Made by a program: the position numbers and the translations under genes. Shown one piece after another: positions 1 through 9,656 of a DNA stretch of 31,940 nucleotides (the first letter of the stretch is position 1; each line of letters begins with the position of its first letter). Below the pieces are notes generated by a model that worked only from the letters and a program-made list of their open reading frames with translations, made no database searches and was not told the DNA's origin. The stretch spans positions 1 to 31,940 of the IMG/VR virus record IMGVR_UViG_3300042997_001098, one strand, 5' to 3'. The stretch comes from a virus (lineage: Duplodnaviria > Caudoviricetes).

Positions 1-932
1 GGATATAAAATCTTCTTTGAACCAAACATCTCAGTATTTTTGAATCCCTGCTTGTTTGTTATTGATCCTATGTTTGCTGTTTTATTTGCATGATTTGATT
101 TCTTGTACAGTGAGTCAAAATCAACGATCTTATTTGCAACTGTTCTGGTGTTGATATCAAAACCAGTGAATGTTCCCGCATAGACACCAGCTCTAATGTT
201 TTTATTCATGTCAAACTGGGTAACAACTTCATAGTGCATCGCACCCATAAGTTCACCACTAGGATCAAATAAATTCTTTGGCTGAAAATTTATATTATGA
301 ATCACAGGTCTAGCTAATAGAGTGGATGTTGTTACGAAATTATACCCTAGTTTGTTTTCAAAAAACAAGAAAGTGGGCGACATTTTATCATTGACTGCTC
401 GTTTCGTACAAAAATCTATGGCCTCAAACGGCGTCTTGTTTGGAATCACAACACTTCTAATCCCGTCGGAGACTTCAAGAAGAGCAATCTCTTTATCCGT
501 AACTCCTAGATAATTGTTCAGTATTTTTTTAGTGATGTTTGCATAAGTGTCTTTGAATGCTTGTGATATTCTAATCTGCTGTGATAGAATAAATTCATCC
601 GAAACGAAATGGAGAAGATATGCCTCCGAGTTCAGATTCACAGACTTTCTTGAGCTTTGCTTATAGATGCGAAACGACTTATTGATTCGTGCAGCATCCG
701 ATGTTTTGCCCATATCAATAAGAAGAATTTCGGAACCATCAAATGACAGCCTATTGGATAATCCAAATGCATCATTGATCAAAATTGTGCCAGTCATTGC
801 TGGATTGAAGATGCTATCAAATATGTTTAGTTCCTCAAACATGTCCGTAATGTCTATAGGACCTAATTTTGAAATTATTTCCAGCTTACTGATTACATAC
901 TGCGAACTCTGTGTGATATTATTATCAGCCAT
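1..932 (-). CDS. Conserved T4-like baseplate hub/tail protein (gp27-like), runs off the window's left edge
   Basis: Not in the ORF track. ATG at 932 overlaps the gp53 stop and reads MADNNITQSSQYVISKLEIISKLGPIDITDMFEELNIFDSIFNPAMTGTILINDAFGL. The position after gp53 and the 'IFDSIF.P..TG.I.I.D' pattern resemble T4-like hub proteins. Confidence 0.65.
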   Translation of the reverse strand, partial: MADNNITQSSQYVISKLEIISKLGPIDITDMFEELNIFDSIFNPAMTGTILINDAFGLSNRLSFDGSEILLIDMGKTSDAARINKSFRIYKQSSRKSVNLNSEAYLLHFVSDEFILSQQIRISQAFKDTYANITKKILNNYLGVTDKEIALLEVSDGIRSVVIPNKTPFEAIDFCTKRAVNDKMSPTFLFFENKLGYNFVTTSTLLARPVIHNINFQPKNLFDPSGELMGAMHYEVVTQFDMNKNIRAGVYAGTFTGFDINTRTVANKIVDFDSLYKKSNHANKTANIGSITNKQGFKNTEMFGSKKILY

Positions 933-1566
933 TACTCATAACCCTTACAAATTCATCTTGTATTGTTGAAACATATTCAGGCTTCATGATCTTAATGTTT
1001 CGTTTATCATCGTTCAATTCCAACTCATAATCATAGTATGAAAGAACAGTCTTGTCTATATCCACACGTAATTGGTATCCATCAGCAAGTGTGTATGTTG
1101 ACGTAGACGTTTGGACGTTCGTGTATGTGTTCGCATCAATTTCAATCTTATCTACGGTCTTTTCACCCGTGAGTGTCAATGTTCGTGTTTCAATTTTGTA
1201 GTACGAATGATTATTTGACTTGGCCCACACGTATCCTGTTGTGCTTTGAGATATACCATTGTTTGCATATTTTCCTTCAATGTATGATGCGAATGATCTT
1301 GTGTCCATTGGCCAATCAGATTTAGGATCAACGATGTTATTCATTTTCATAATCAACCAGTGTTGTTCAACATCGCCATAAAATTTATGAGCGATAATCT
1401 CCGGCGTTTCACCCTCAGGAACTGTGTATTCATAGTACAGAATAGTATTATTCAATGTACTCTCGTCCAATGAAAATGTTGTTGTCAGATTCGTTATCGT
1501 GTCTAGTGCTTTGGGATCACCTAGATTATAAACTGTTTTTGGAAAATATGAAAAATACTTAGCCAT
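925..1566 (-). CDS. gp53: Baseplate wedge subunit gp53
   Basis: YFSYFP N-terminus, LysM-like 'EGETPEIIAHKFYGD..HWLI..NNI.DP..DWP', and C-terminal 'YELELNDDKRNIKI.KPEY'. Confidence 0.9.
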   Translation of the reverse strand: MAKYFSYFPKTVYNLGDPKALDTITNLTTTFSLDESTLNNTILYYEYTVPEGETPEIIAHKFYGDVEQHWLIMKMNNIVDPKSDWPMDTRSFASYIEGKYANNGISQSTTGYVWAKSNNHSYYKIETRTLTLTGEKTVDKIEIDANTYTNVQTSTSTYTLADGYQLRVDIDKTVLSYYDYELELNDDKRNIKIMKPEYVSTIQDEFVRVMSNG

Positions 1567-2762
1567 TATACTTTCCCACGATTTGTTTTATTTTCATAGT
1601 TGAATTTTGTCATAATTTCCAATTCTTGGAAAGTTAGATTCACTCGTATACCAACAGGCATACCCGTTGATCCTAGTATCGGTTTATTTTCACCAGGAAC
1701 TTCATACGCTCTGAATCCATTAGGCGCATAGTCCACACTAATTGAAGTCAATGCACATGTTGATATCGCAGGAATGTTTGGATTCACTTCACCATTATAG
1801 TGAAATTCTATATCAAATTCAGACGGCGGCACCATGAAGTAACCTCCACTACCCGATAATATTTCAGGGGCTTGATGGAATCTTAGTCTTTGTATAATTG
1901 ATTGAACTTCGTTAGCTTCTTTCTCACTACGAGGATAGAACATGAATTCAAAAGCGAACTGCCTAAAATCAGGAGATGTGTATAGCAATTCCAACTGCGG
2001 ATTCTTGACTAATCCAAACGCTGATGCGAAAAGTGCAGTTGCGGAGCTTTCTCCCAATATACCACTAGACAATTTTGCTGCGATTGCTCCCAAAAATGGA
2101 GTTGCATTTTTACCCAATTTACTAGGATCAAATTCTTTTCCTGTTATTGAATCACTCAAAATTGAAACTCCAGCTGCGGCTTTGGCTGCATTTTCTTTAC
2201 CTAGTTCTAGTTTTGAATAGTATTGATTATCGGTAAATGCTAACGTATCGGGCATGTATAGTGCAATCGTATCCATCGTTCGTGTCGTAGTCCTCAAAAA
2301 CTTGGCGTCATCCAGTGTTCCAATTGTTTTATTGAATGTGGTTTGTGCTGCCTGCAGAAGCCCACCCGTAGAGCCATATCCGATCAAACTCATTTCAGTG
2401 TCAGATGATCCTTCAATTGGACCTGTCGGTGCTGAGAGACCGCCAGTGAGTGATTTCAGTGAATCAATGATGGTTTTTGCACCGCCGCCAATATTTACTG
2501 CTCCTGTTCGTGCGCGAAGTCCCTCACGATTTTTCTGTATTTGTGATCTAGGATCGGGTGCGGCATTGACCGGATAAGCTGTTTTGTCTTGAGCGTTTAC
2601 ATGAATCAACATGTAATGACCTTTGTCCGTGTTGCCAAGGTCGGACGGATATCTCATTAAGTTTGGATTGTAATTACTCAGGCCATTAGAGAAGCCAGCA
2701 AACGATCTATTATCCGTTTGCAACTTTTTGTATGCGATATCAGTTAGATTGAAAAGTGCCAT
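1566..2762 (-). CDS. gp48: Baseplate tail-tube cap gp48
   Basis: Motifs 'RYPSDL', 'IALYMP', 'NPQLELLY.SPDFRQF.FEF.FYPRS..EA', 'C.LTSISVDY.PNG' and 'LTFQELEI'. Confidence 0.88.
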   Translation of the reverse strand: MALFNLTDIAYKKLQTDNRSFAGFSNGLSNYNPNLMRYPSDLGNTDKGHYMLIHVNAQDKTAYPVNAAPDPRSQIQKNREGLRARTGAVNIGGGAKTIIDSLKSLTGGLSAPTGPIEGSSDTEMSLIGYGSTGGLLQAAQTTFNKTIGTLDDAKFLRTTTRTMDTIALYMPDTLAFTDNQYYSKLELGKENAAKAAAGVSILSDSITGKEFDPSKLGKNATPFLGAIAAKLSSGILGESSATALFASAFGLVKNPQLELLYTSPDFRQFAFEFMFYPRSEKEANEVQSIIQRLRFHQAPEILSGSGGYFMVPPSEFDIEFHYNGEVNPNIPAISTCALTSISVDYAPNGFRAYEVPGENKPILGSTGMPVGIRVNLTFQELEIMTKFNYENKTNRGKV

Positions 2763-2785
2763 GTTTATCCTATAGTTTGACTACA

Positions 2786-2793
2786 TATTTATA
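2786..2793 (-). promoter_or_regulatory. T4-type late promoter TATAAATA for the gp48-gp53 operon
   Basis: Exact TATAAATA on the minus strand, about 24 nt upstream of the gp48 ATG. gp33 is encoded in the window. Confidence 0.8.
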
Positions 2794-3242
2794 TGTCCTA
2801 CGGTAAGAATACTTATAAGGGTCGATTCACCCCACAGAATCCTAAAAAATACAATGGTAACTCAGAGAATATCATATATCGATCTTCCTGGGAATTGCGA
2901 TGTATGAAATGGTTTGATGATCATCCAGATATCATTTGGTGGTCATCTGAGGAGTTGGCTATTCCATATGTGTCGCCAGTTGATGGTAAAAGACACCGAT
3001 ACTTTCCTGACTTCATTATAAAGGTGCAAAGAAAAGACGGAACAGTCATGACTCATGTGATTGAGGTCAAGCCATTTGCACAAACACAACGTCCTGTTCA
3101 GAAAAAGAAAACCAGGCGATTTCTTCAGGAAGCAGCAACATACGCTATAAATCAAATGAAGTGGAAAGCCGCGGACGAATTCTGCCATACACACGGATGG
3201 AAATTTCAGATACTGACGGAAAAAGAATTAGGTATTTCGTGA
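2793..3242 (+). CDS. gp4: Head completion nuclease gp4
   Basis: 'YKGRF.P.NP.KY.G....IIYRSSWE', 'W.SEE..IPY.SP.DG..HRYFPDF', 'EVKP..QT' and 'NQ.KW.AA'. Confidence 0.92.
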   Translation: MSYGKNTYKGRFTPQNPKKYNGNSENIIYRSSWELRCMKWFDDHPDIIWWSSEELAIPYVSPVDGKRHRYFPDFIIKVQRKDGTVMTHVIEVKPFAQTQRPVQKKKTRRFLQEAATYAINQMKWKAADEFCHTHGWKFQILTEKELGIS

Positions 3243-3253
3243 ATAAATAGACC

Positions 3254-3832
3254 ATGGCATATCTACTAGACAGAATAAACGCACAATTAGCAAAGACGGG
3301 CTACAAAGCACGATCTCAGCAAGCTAGGACTTGGTTGCAATCCAAGATTGGTGATTTGCGAGCAACACCAAATAAACTAGCGAAATCTGCGGAAAGAAAC
3401 ACCGCAAAGAGTCTCGTTGGTAAACTGTACTTCTTCTACTATGATCCTAAAACGAAAGATAAGCTGCCATATTACGACAGGTTCCCCTTGGTTTTTCCAA
3501 TTGAACTATACCCAGACGGTTTTTTAGGGCTGAATTTACACTACATTCACCCAAAGCAGCGTATCATTCTATTAGATAAATTGTCAGAATTGGCGACAGA
3601 TAAACGATTTGATGATAGAACAAGATTGAAATTGTCATACCAGACGTTATCATCATTCAGTCGTTTGTATGAGGCTAGTCCATGTATCAAACGATATCTA
3701 GGAAGTCATGTTCAAGGACAATTTGTGGAAATTCCAGCAAATGAGTGGGATATCGCTGCGTTGCTGCCAGTTGAACAGTTCGAAAAAGCAAATAAAAATA
3801 AAGTCTGGGCAGACTCACGAAAGAAAATGTAA
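3254..3832 (+). CDS. gp2: DNA end protector protein gp2
   Basis: 'G.LYFF.YDPKTK.KLPYYD.FPLV', 'GFLGLNLHY', 'CIKRYL..HV' and 'VW.DSR'. Confidence 0.92.
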   Translation: MAYLLDRINAQLAKTGYKARSQQARTWLQSKIGDLRATPNKLAKSAERNTAKSLVGKLYFFYYDPKTKDKLPYYDRFPLVFPIELYPDGFLGLNLHYIHPKQRIILLDKLSELATDKRFDDRTRLKLSYQTLSSFSRLYEASPCIKRYLGSHVQGQFVEIPANEWDIAALLPVEQFEKANKNKVWADSRKKM

Positions 3833-4599
3833 TGTCATTTTTACCACAGCTATTCCTATCAAACATACAGGCCAAAGACGGTCTTGCTCGACCAAACAGA
3901 TTTCAGGTTATTCTTCCTATTCCACAATATATCGGAAACTACATTGAGACCGGCTTGATTGAGCAACTGTTGAATTTTCCAAACTCGGTGTTCTCTGATA
4001 TTACAACCAGAGTGCAGGGCGCATCAAACAGTCGTTCATATAATCCTACAATTTCTCGCTATCTTGCACTACAGTGTGAATCAGCCGAGTTGCCGGGAAA
4101 AACCATGCAAACGGAAATGCTACGTGGATATGGTCCTCAACCAGCAATTCCATTTTTAGCTCAATATGAGGATACAAATTTAACTTTTTTATGCACAAAT
4201 GAGTTTTATGAGAGAAAGTTGTTTGATAAGTGGATGGAAGCGATGGTTCCAAATGACACACATAATGCACGTTTTTCACAGGGTGAAAAAACACGATTCA
4301 CAACAAACATCAAGATTGTGCAGTATGATGATTTCATTAAGCAAATATATGCGGTTGAATTGATTGATGCATTTCCTAAAGCTATCACTGCACAACCCGT
4401 GAGTTGGGGTGATGATGGATTTCATAAACTTACCATACAGTTCTCGTATACAAAACACAACACTATATACGAAGGAGCTTACGATTTGGCGGCCGCAACT
4501 GCTGCGCTGCTAGGTTCAGGCATCAGTGGAGTACCTATATCCGCAGTATTGAACACACAGGTCCGCGGAACAGCGGAAGCGATAAGAAGAATTTTTTGA
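3832..4599 (+). CDS. Baseplate/tail-tube initiator (gp54/gp19-like fold)
   Basis: 'GLARPNRF.V', 'CESAELPG', 'ERK.FD.W', 'L.DAFP..I....VSW' and synteny between gp2 and gp26. Confidence 0.8.
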   Translation: MSFLPQLFLSNIQAKDGLARPNRFQVILPIPQYIGNYIETGLIEQLLNFPNSVFSDITTRVQGASNSRSYNPTISRYLALQCESAELPGKTMQTEMLRGYGPQPAIPFLAQYEDTNLTFLCTNEFYERKLFDKWMEAMVPNDTHNARFSQGEKTRFTTNIKIVQYDDFIKQIYAVELIDAFPKAITAQPVSWGDDGFHKLTIQFSYTKHNTIYEGAYDLAAATAALLGSGISGVPISAVLNTQVRGTAEAIRRIF

Positions 4600-4614
4600 T
4601 TATTTGGAGATACT

Positions 4615-5349
4615 ATGTTACCTAAACTTGATGTGCCACTGTATGAAATTACTTTGCCATTACTAAAAAAGAAAGTTAGATTTAGACCATTCTTGGTAAA
4701 AGAAGAGAAGATATTGTTGATGGCTGCCGAGAGTGATGATGGAAACTCTATCGTGTTGGCAATTAAACAAATTTTGACTAATTGTCTTCAAGACAATATA
4801 GACGTAGACTCGTTACCAATCTTAGATTTTGAATATTTGTTCATGCATATTAGAGCGCGATCTGTCGGAGAGATGGTTGACATGCAATACAAATGTAATA
4901 ACACAATTGGAGATGAGGACAACAAAACCAAATGTAACAATCTCGTTAAACTGAGTTTCAACGCACTGGAAGTTGAGCCTGATATCACAAACTCAGAAAC
5001 GAAAATTGAATTGACTCCAAAATTGGGTGTTATGTTGAAATATCCAACTTTCAAAAATATTAATACACTTTCGGAAATAGAAAATGTCAGTCCGGTTGAT
5101 ATGGTAATCAAAACTATCATCAATTCAATTGACTATGTGTATGATCAGGATAATGTATATTACGCAAAAGACCTGACTGAACAGGAGTTGATTGATTTCA
5201 TTGACAGCTTCACAAAGGAGCAATTTGCGCGAATCCAAGAATTTTTTGATAACATTCCAAAATTGAGAAAAACTGTACAATTCAAGTGCTCAAAGTGTGG
5301 ACATGAGGAAGATTTGGTGCTTGAAGGAATCCAAAGTTTTTTCGCATAA
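4615..5349 (+). CDS. gp26: Baseplate hub assembly protein gp26
   Basis: 'MLPKLDVP.YE..LP', 'FRPFLVKEEKILLMA.ES', 'RARSVGE', and a C-terminal CxxC followed by 'LEGIQSFF'. Confidence 0.92.
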   Translation: MLPKLDVPLYEITLPLLKKKVRFRPFLVKEEKILLMAAESDDGNSIVLAIKQILTNCLQDNIDVDSLPILDFEYLFMHIRARSVGEMVDMQYKCNNTIGDEDNKTKCNNLVKLSFNALEVEPDITNSETKIELTPKLGVMLKYPTFKNINTLSEIENVSPVDMVIKTIINSIDYVYDQDNVYYAKDLTEQELIDFIDSFTKEQFARIQEFFDNIPKLRKTVQFKCSKCGHEEDLVLEGIQSFFA

Positions 5350-5399
5350 TTATTCGTTATGATAATCTGAGCAATCACTTTCAAACCAACTTTGCACTC

Positions 5400-5543
5400 A
5401 TGCAACACCACAAATATAATTTGACAGATTTGAATAACATGATGCCATGGGAAAGAAATGTGTATGTCACGATGCTTCTCCAACATATTGATGAAGAAAA
5501 TGAGAAGATAAAACAACAAAACCTAGCAAGAAAATCACGATAA
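5400..5543 (+). CDS. gp51: Baseplate hub assembly catalyst gp51-like (possibly made as a gp26 frameshift fusion)
   Basis: Not in the ORF track. Reads MQHHKYNLTDLNNMMPWERNVYVTMLLQHIDEENEK. The frame is open upstream to the gp26 end (DNLSNHFQTNFAL). Confidence 0.85.
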   Translation: MQHHKYNLTDLNNMMPWERNVYVTMLLQHIDEENEKIKQQNLARKSR

Positions 5544-7582
5544 TGAATACCAGATTCACAGAAATATACAAAAAAGAGCTTAGAGGTGGTGGAATATTGA
5601 GTTCTATGGGATCCGCTGCACTAGGAAAAACTAGGGAGCGTCTTGACGTTCGCAACATGTTATTCGGTGGATCAGGATTCATTTCATCAACTGGTCAAAA
5701 AATATTCGGTAAAGGATATTCCGCAACTGGATCATCAGCATCAAAATTAACAACGGGTGGCGATGCGGGCGCGACCATCGTCAATGAGTTAGCGTCATCT
5801 ATGGCTAAACAAGAAACGCTGTTAGCAGTCATCGCTAAAAATACAATGAACATGAATTATATGGCGCGAGACATGAACATCATGCGTCAAAATATTATCA
5901 CACTGACAAAATCTGTTGCGGGAAAATCATCAAAGAATGCTGACGCACTGTTTTTTTCTGCCAAGCGCCGCGACAGTATCTTATCCAGTAAAGCGAGCTT
6001 GAATAAACGTGACACAACTAAACCTGATGCACCATCAAGTTCATCAAGCGGAAAAACATCGTATCTAGGAAGTTTAGTTAGTGGAGTTATGGGTGTTATG
6101 GGTGGAGTGGGTTCAGGTATTCTCGGTGCGCTACGAGGTGTTCTTGCAATTTCACCAATACTAGGTATTATAGGCCTTGCGGGAGCAGCTTACGTTGTCA
6201 AAGAACTTGCTAAGACTGTGGACTTCGGTGCAATAAAAGATCGTATAGTTCAAGCTATAGGAATGGACCCAAATTCAGATAAATCATTCACACAGCAACT
6301 AGCTGAAAAATTGGATAATATTTTCGGAACAGCAAAATTTTCCGAAAGTTTGGATTGGGTCAAAGAAAATTTCAATGAGCAGATAAACATGGTCGGTAAA
6401 ACCATAGCCAAAGTTTCTGATATAGTATTGGTTTACACACAAGCCGCTTATAAAACTCTGGCAGACACTTTCAGTAATATGGGAAAGGTTTTTTCTTTTC
6501 TATTCAATGAATTTTTCCAATCTAATAAAGGAAAGATTTTGATGGCAATTGCTACGGGATTGGCAGCAGGAAGTGCGAAAGATCCGAGGTCGGCCGCCCT
6601 TGCACTTGCGGGCATAGGCATAGCTGGACTTTTTGGTGCTGCAACAGGTGAAAAATCCAGAGATGAGTTGCGTGAACAAATAGATATAAAAATGAAGGAC
6701 TTACTCCTACAACAAAGTAGAATAGATGAAGCCGAAAATGCACCGAACACATTTGAGGGTAATGCCAAGAGAGGTAGACTTCCAGAGTATTATAAAGGTA
6801 AACAAGCGATAATTGACAAACTTTCTGAATTGGGCAGTGAATTGACAGGAAAAGAAAGTAAGTTAGATGAATTACTGAATCCTAATTTGACCAGCCGCTT
6901 CACCGATTATGTTACTAAGGATAAGGCAAATCTTCCTGGCGGTGAATATGGCGGAGGATATTCACCGGTATCACGTCCATCATCAATGTCACCAACAAAA
7001 GTAACTTTCGCTAGTTTATCAAAAGAACAACAAGACACTGTTTTGCAGAAGCAGCGAGAGCGAGAAGGTTTTCGCCCAGGAACTTTAGCATACGATCTAA
7101 ACAATCCTGGCGCGATGCTACATTCGGAACAGACCGAAAAATTTGGCGGAGTATTAGATACCACAGGAAGAGGTGTGGGTAATCTCAAAGGAAAGTTTGC
7201 CAAATTTCCAACACTACAACAAGGAATAGAAGCACAGAGAAATTTATGGTTGAGTAGTGGTTACGCAAATTTGCCGTTAGATCAAGCAATAAATCGCTGG
7301 ACCACAGGAAAGGTGGAGGGTACTGGAGAAATTGGAGTGGAAAATTACAAAAAGAGTATTTTTGCTGCGATTGAAAAAATAGCGCCATCATCGGGCCCAA
7401 ACTTAGTGCAGGGAAGCAATACAATGGCTGCAATGACTCGCGACATGAATTTTGCTCAAGCACCAAATGTTGTAGTGAATGCATCATCTGCACCAGTTGT
7501 ATCAGGTAAAGCACCATCTGCACCAGTCGCATCAGCAACAAACGTAGATGCGCTAGAGTTGTTCTTCAAATACGCCATGTAA
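5543..7582 (+). CDS. Tape-measure-like/baseplate hub virion protein with C-terminal lysozyme-like domain
   Basis: Follows gp26/gp51. Has Gly/Ala-rich hydrophobic helices and coiled coils, plus C-terminal 'REG....A...NNPG...FAKFPT...G..A'. Confidence 0.6.
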   Translation: MNTRFTEIYKKELRGGGILSSMGSAALGKTRERLDVRNMLFGGSGFISSTGQKIFGKGYSATGSSASKLTTGGDAGATIVNELASSMAKQETLLAVIAKNTMNMNYMARDMNIMRQNIITLTKSVAGKSSKNADALFFSAKRRDSILSSKASLNKRDTTKPDAPSSSSSGKTSYLGSLVSGVMGVMGGVGSGILGALRGVLAISPILGIIGLAGAAYVVKELAKTVDFGAIKDRIVQAIGMDPNSDKSFTQQLAEKLDNIFGTAKFSESLDWVKENFNEQINMVGKTIAKVSDIVLVYTQAAYKTLADTFSNMGKVFSFLFNEFFQSNKGKILMAIATGLAAGSAKDPRSAALALAGIGIAGLFGAATGEKSRDELREQIDIKMKDLLLQQSRIDEAENAPNTFEGNAKRGRLPEYYKGKQAIIDKLSELGSELTGKESKLDELLNPNLTSRFTDYVTKDKANLPGGEYGGGYSPVSRPSSMSPTKVTFASLSKEQQDTVLQKQREREGFRPGTLAYDLNNPGAMLHSEQTEKFGGVLDTTGRGVGNLKGKFAKFPTLQQGIEAQRNLWLSSGYANLPLDQAINRWTTGKVEGTGEIGVENYKKSIFAAIEKIAPSSGPNLVQGSNTMAAMTRDMNFAQAPNVVVNASSAPVVSGKAPSAPVASATNVDALELFFKYAM

Positions 7583-7605
7583 AAAATCCCGCACTAGGCG
7601 GGATT
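7581..7605 (-). terminator. Intrinsic terminator between convergent genes
   Basis: Stem AATCCCGC/GCGGGATT with a 5-nt loop. T-tract on the minus strand just after gp32. Confidence 0.85.
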
Positions 7606-7617
7606 CAAACTCAGAGT

Positions 7618-8511
7618 TTAGTCAGCTTCTGCTAACGACTTGAAGTAATCCAAGTCATCATCATCAGTTGTTGAAGCAACAGGTGCTGGTGCACGGGCTG
7701 GTGCTACGCGAGTTGCTGTTGGTAGCTCAACGTCCTCTGCGCGGGTAGCAGGAACGATATCACCTTCATAACCAAGAACTTTATCAAGACGAGCTTTCAA
7801 TTGATCAAACGACTTGAAGTTTTTCTTCTCAACAAACTCTTTCAGTGAATGTTCTTTGTTGTAGATTGTTTCCAACTTAGTCTCATCATCAGACAGCGCA
7901 CCTTGTGCGGCAAATTCTGATTTGTCATAGTTGCGATAACCTTCAACGTTACGAATCTTCATCTTGAAGTTTGCACCTTCCCAGAGATCAAATGGATTCA
8001 ATGGTGTTTCGTCAGCGAATTCTGGATTCATTGCTTCAGAAATCTTATCAAAGATTTTCTTACCGAACTTGAACAGACGAACAGTTCCATCATTCTCAGG
8101 ATGTGCTGGATCGGAGACCACATAGATGTTTGCGAGATAGCTCAAACGGCGCTTTTGTTTACGAACAATATCCTTGTTCGCTTCAACGCCAGAGTTCCAC
8201 AATCCACTATTGTGCTCACAGACTGGGCACTTTTCACCAACAGTTGTCAAGCAATTGTCAATGAACCAACCGCCAGGACCTTGAAAGCCGTGATCAAAAC
8301 GGCGAACCCATGGCAGACCATCTTCACCATCAACACCGGGAGCAGGCAAGAAACGAATTGTAGCCATGCCGTTGCCGGACTTGTCTACAGTCGGTTGCCA
8401 GAATCGGGTGTCATCTTTGGACCCGGCTTCTGCTGTTTGTGTGGTGGATTCAATAGCCTTGGTGAGAGATTCCAGGCTTGCGCGATTGCGCTTCAGATTT
8501 GCGAAAGACAT
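7618..8511 (-). CDS. gp32: Single-stranded DNA-binding protein gp32
   Basis: 'DTRFWQP.VDKSGNG.A.IRFLP', 'HGFQGPGGW.I.NCLTT.GE.CPVC', 'FKFGKKIFDKI', and an acidic tail 'DDDDLDYFKSLA'. Confidence 0.97.
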   Translation of the reverse strand: MSFANLKRNRASLESLTKAIESTTQTAEAGSKDDTRFWQPTVDKSGNGMATIRFLPAPGVDGEDGLPWVRRFDHGFQGPGGWFIDNCLTTVGEKCPVCEHNSGLWNSGVEANKDIVRKQKRRLSYLANIYVVSDPAHPENDGTVRLFKFGKKIFDKISEAMNPEFADETPLNPFDLWEGANFKMKIRNVEGYRNYDKSEFAAQGALSDDETKLETIYNKEHSLKEFVEKKNFKSFDQLKARLDKVLGYEGDIVPATRAEDVELPTATRVAPARAPAPVASTTDDDDLDYFKSLAEAD

Positions 8512-8565
8512 AGTATTTTCCTTGTATAAATTGTATTACGTTGTATGTTTTTGTCCACAGTGTTC

Positions 8566-8594
8566 ATTATATCATGTATATAGTCACACTGCAA
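8566..8594 (-). promoter_or_regulatory. Sigma70-type promoter for gp32
   Basis: TTGCAG-17 nt-TATAAT on the minus strand. Confidence 0.7.
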
Positions 8595-9072
8595 TACGAT
8601 TTTTGAGCATCATCAGTGTATTACCAATCTCTTTGTGAAGAATACCAACGCCACCGGCTGCATTGAATGCTTGGATAACGTCAGGTGTATCGTCCACTAG
8701 AATGGTATTTGGTGTTGCATACCCAGCTTTATTCTTACGTCCTGCGACTACATTTGGCTTCCACATGCCAAGTCCATGATCATTTAGCCAGACAGCTTTT
8801 TGTCTAGCGACTTCACTGTGGTTTTTTACACCACCAGATGAAGTCAGAATCTCAATATGCAGACCTGTCGCCAGACATGCTTCTACCAATTCATGTGCTC
8901 CGGGATACCAGTCAAGTGTCTCAAATTGCTTTGTTACAATGAAATCGTCCCAGTGCAAATTGAAGTCTTTCCTGTCGCGCATTGAGCCAGGCAGTTCATT
9001 GTACAGTTCAAAATATCTGCGTTCAAAGTTACACAGAACTCCGTCCATGTCCAAGTAGATTTTTTCAATCAT
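8584..9072 (-). CDS. HAD-family 5'(3')-deoxyribonucleotidase-like protein
   Basis: 'IYLDMDGVL' motif I, 'ILTS', 'K..WL', 'ILVDD' and 'AGG.GILH'. Confidence 0.85.
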   Translation of the reverse strand: MIEKIYLDMDGVLCNFERRYFELYNELPGSMRDRKDFNLHWDDFIVTKQFETLDWYPGAHELVEACLATGLHIEILTSSGGVKNHSEVARQKAVWLNDHGLGMWKPNVVAGRKNKAGYATPNTILVDDTPDVIQAFNAAGGVGILHKEIGNTLMMLKNRIAV

Positions 9073-9656
9073 TTCAATTCATCCAATGCATATATCTTAT
9101 ACAACTCACGATTGAATTGTATAAAGCGTTCATATTTTACCAGCTTCCTGTAGACTGTGGGCCAGCGAATGTCATCACTGATTTTGCGTTCCCACATTGG
9201 CAAGAAATTCATGAAAGAATTCAGGATGCATAGTGTCTCAATGGAAATAACTTTCTGTAGAGCCATCGTCAACAGTTCAGGATATTCACCTGTCGTTTTG
9301 AGTAACGAGTTGATATCACCAGAATCACCAATCACAGCACAATCATTTTTGAATGTGTAACTCAGTGATTGGATCGTAGCCATTCTTTTCGTGTGAATCT
9401 CATTGGATTCATCTTCCAACAAAGTTCCAGCCCAAGCATTTTCATTGTGCATCAATACTGAAATAACAAACTGACGAAAATCATCATGATTGTATTTGCG
9501 AGACAACTTGTAAAAGTGAAACTTATCTCTGCGGCGCTCAAAAGTTTCAATTGAAATGTTACACTTACCATTGTACTTGAAATAGTCGTAACTATCCGAG
9601 GTAAAGTGCAATTTCAATACATGAAAAAGTGAGAATGCTTCGTATCCGGTCATCAT
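9069..9656 (-). CDS. gp59: Helicase loader gp59
   Basis: 'LKLHFT...YDYFKYNGK', 'F..R.DK..F.KLS' and 'IS.ET..IL'. Synteny gp33-gp59-gp32. Confidence 0.9.
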   Translation of the reverse strand: MMTGYEAFSLFHVLKLHFTSDSYDYFKYNGKCNISIETFERRRDKFHFYKLSRKYNHDDFRQFVISVLMHNENAWAGTLLEDESNEIHTKRMATIQSLSYTFKNDCAVIGDSGDINSLLKTTGEYPELLTMALQKVISIETLCILNSFMNFLPMWERKISDDIRWPTVYRKLVKYERFIQFNRELYKIYALDELK

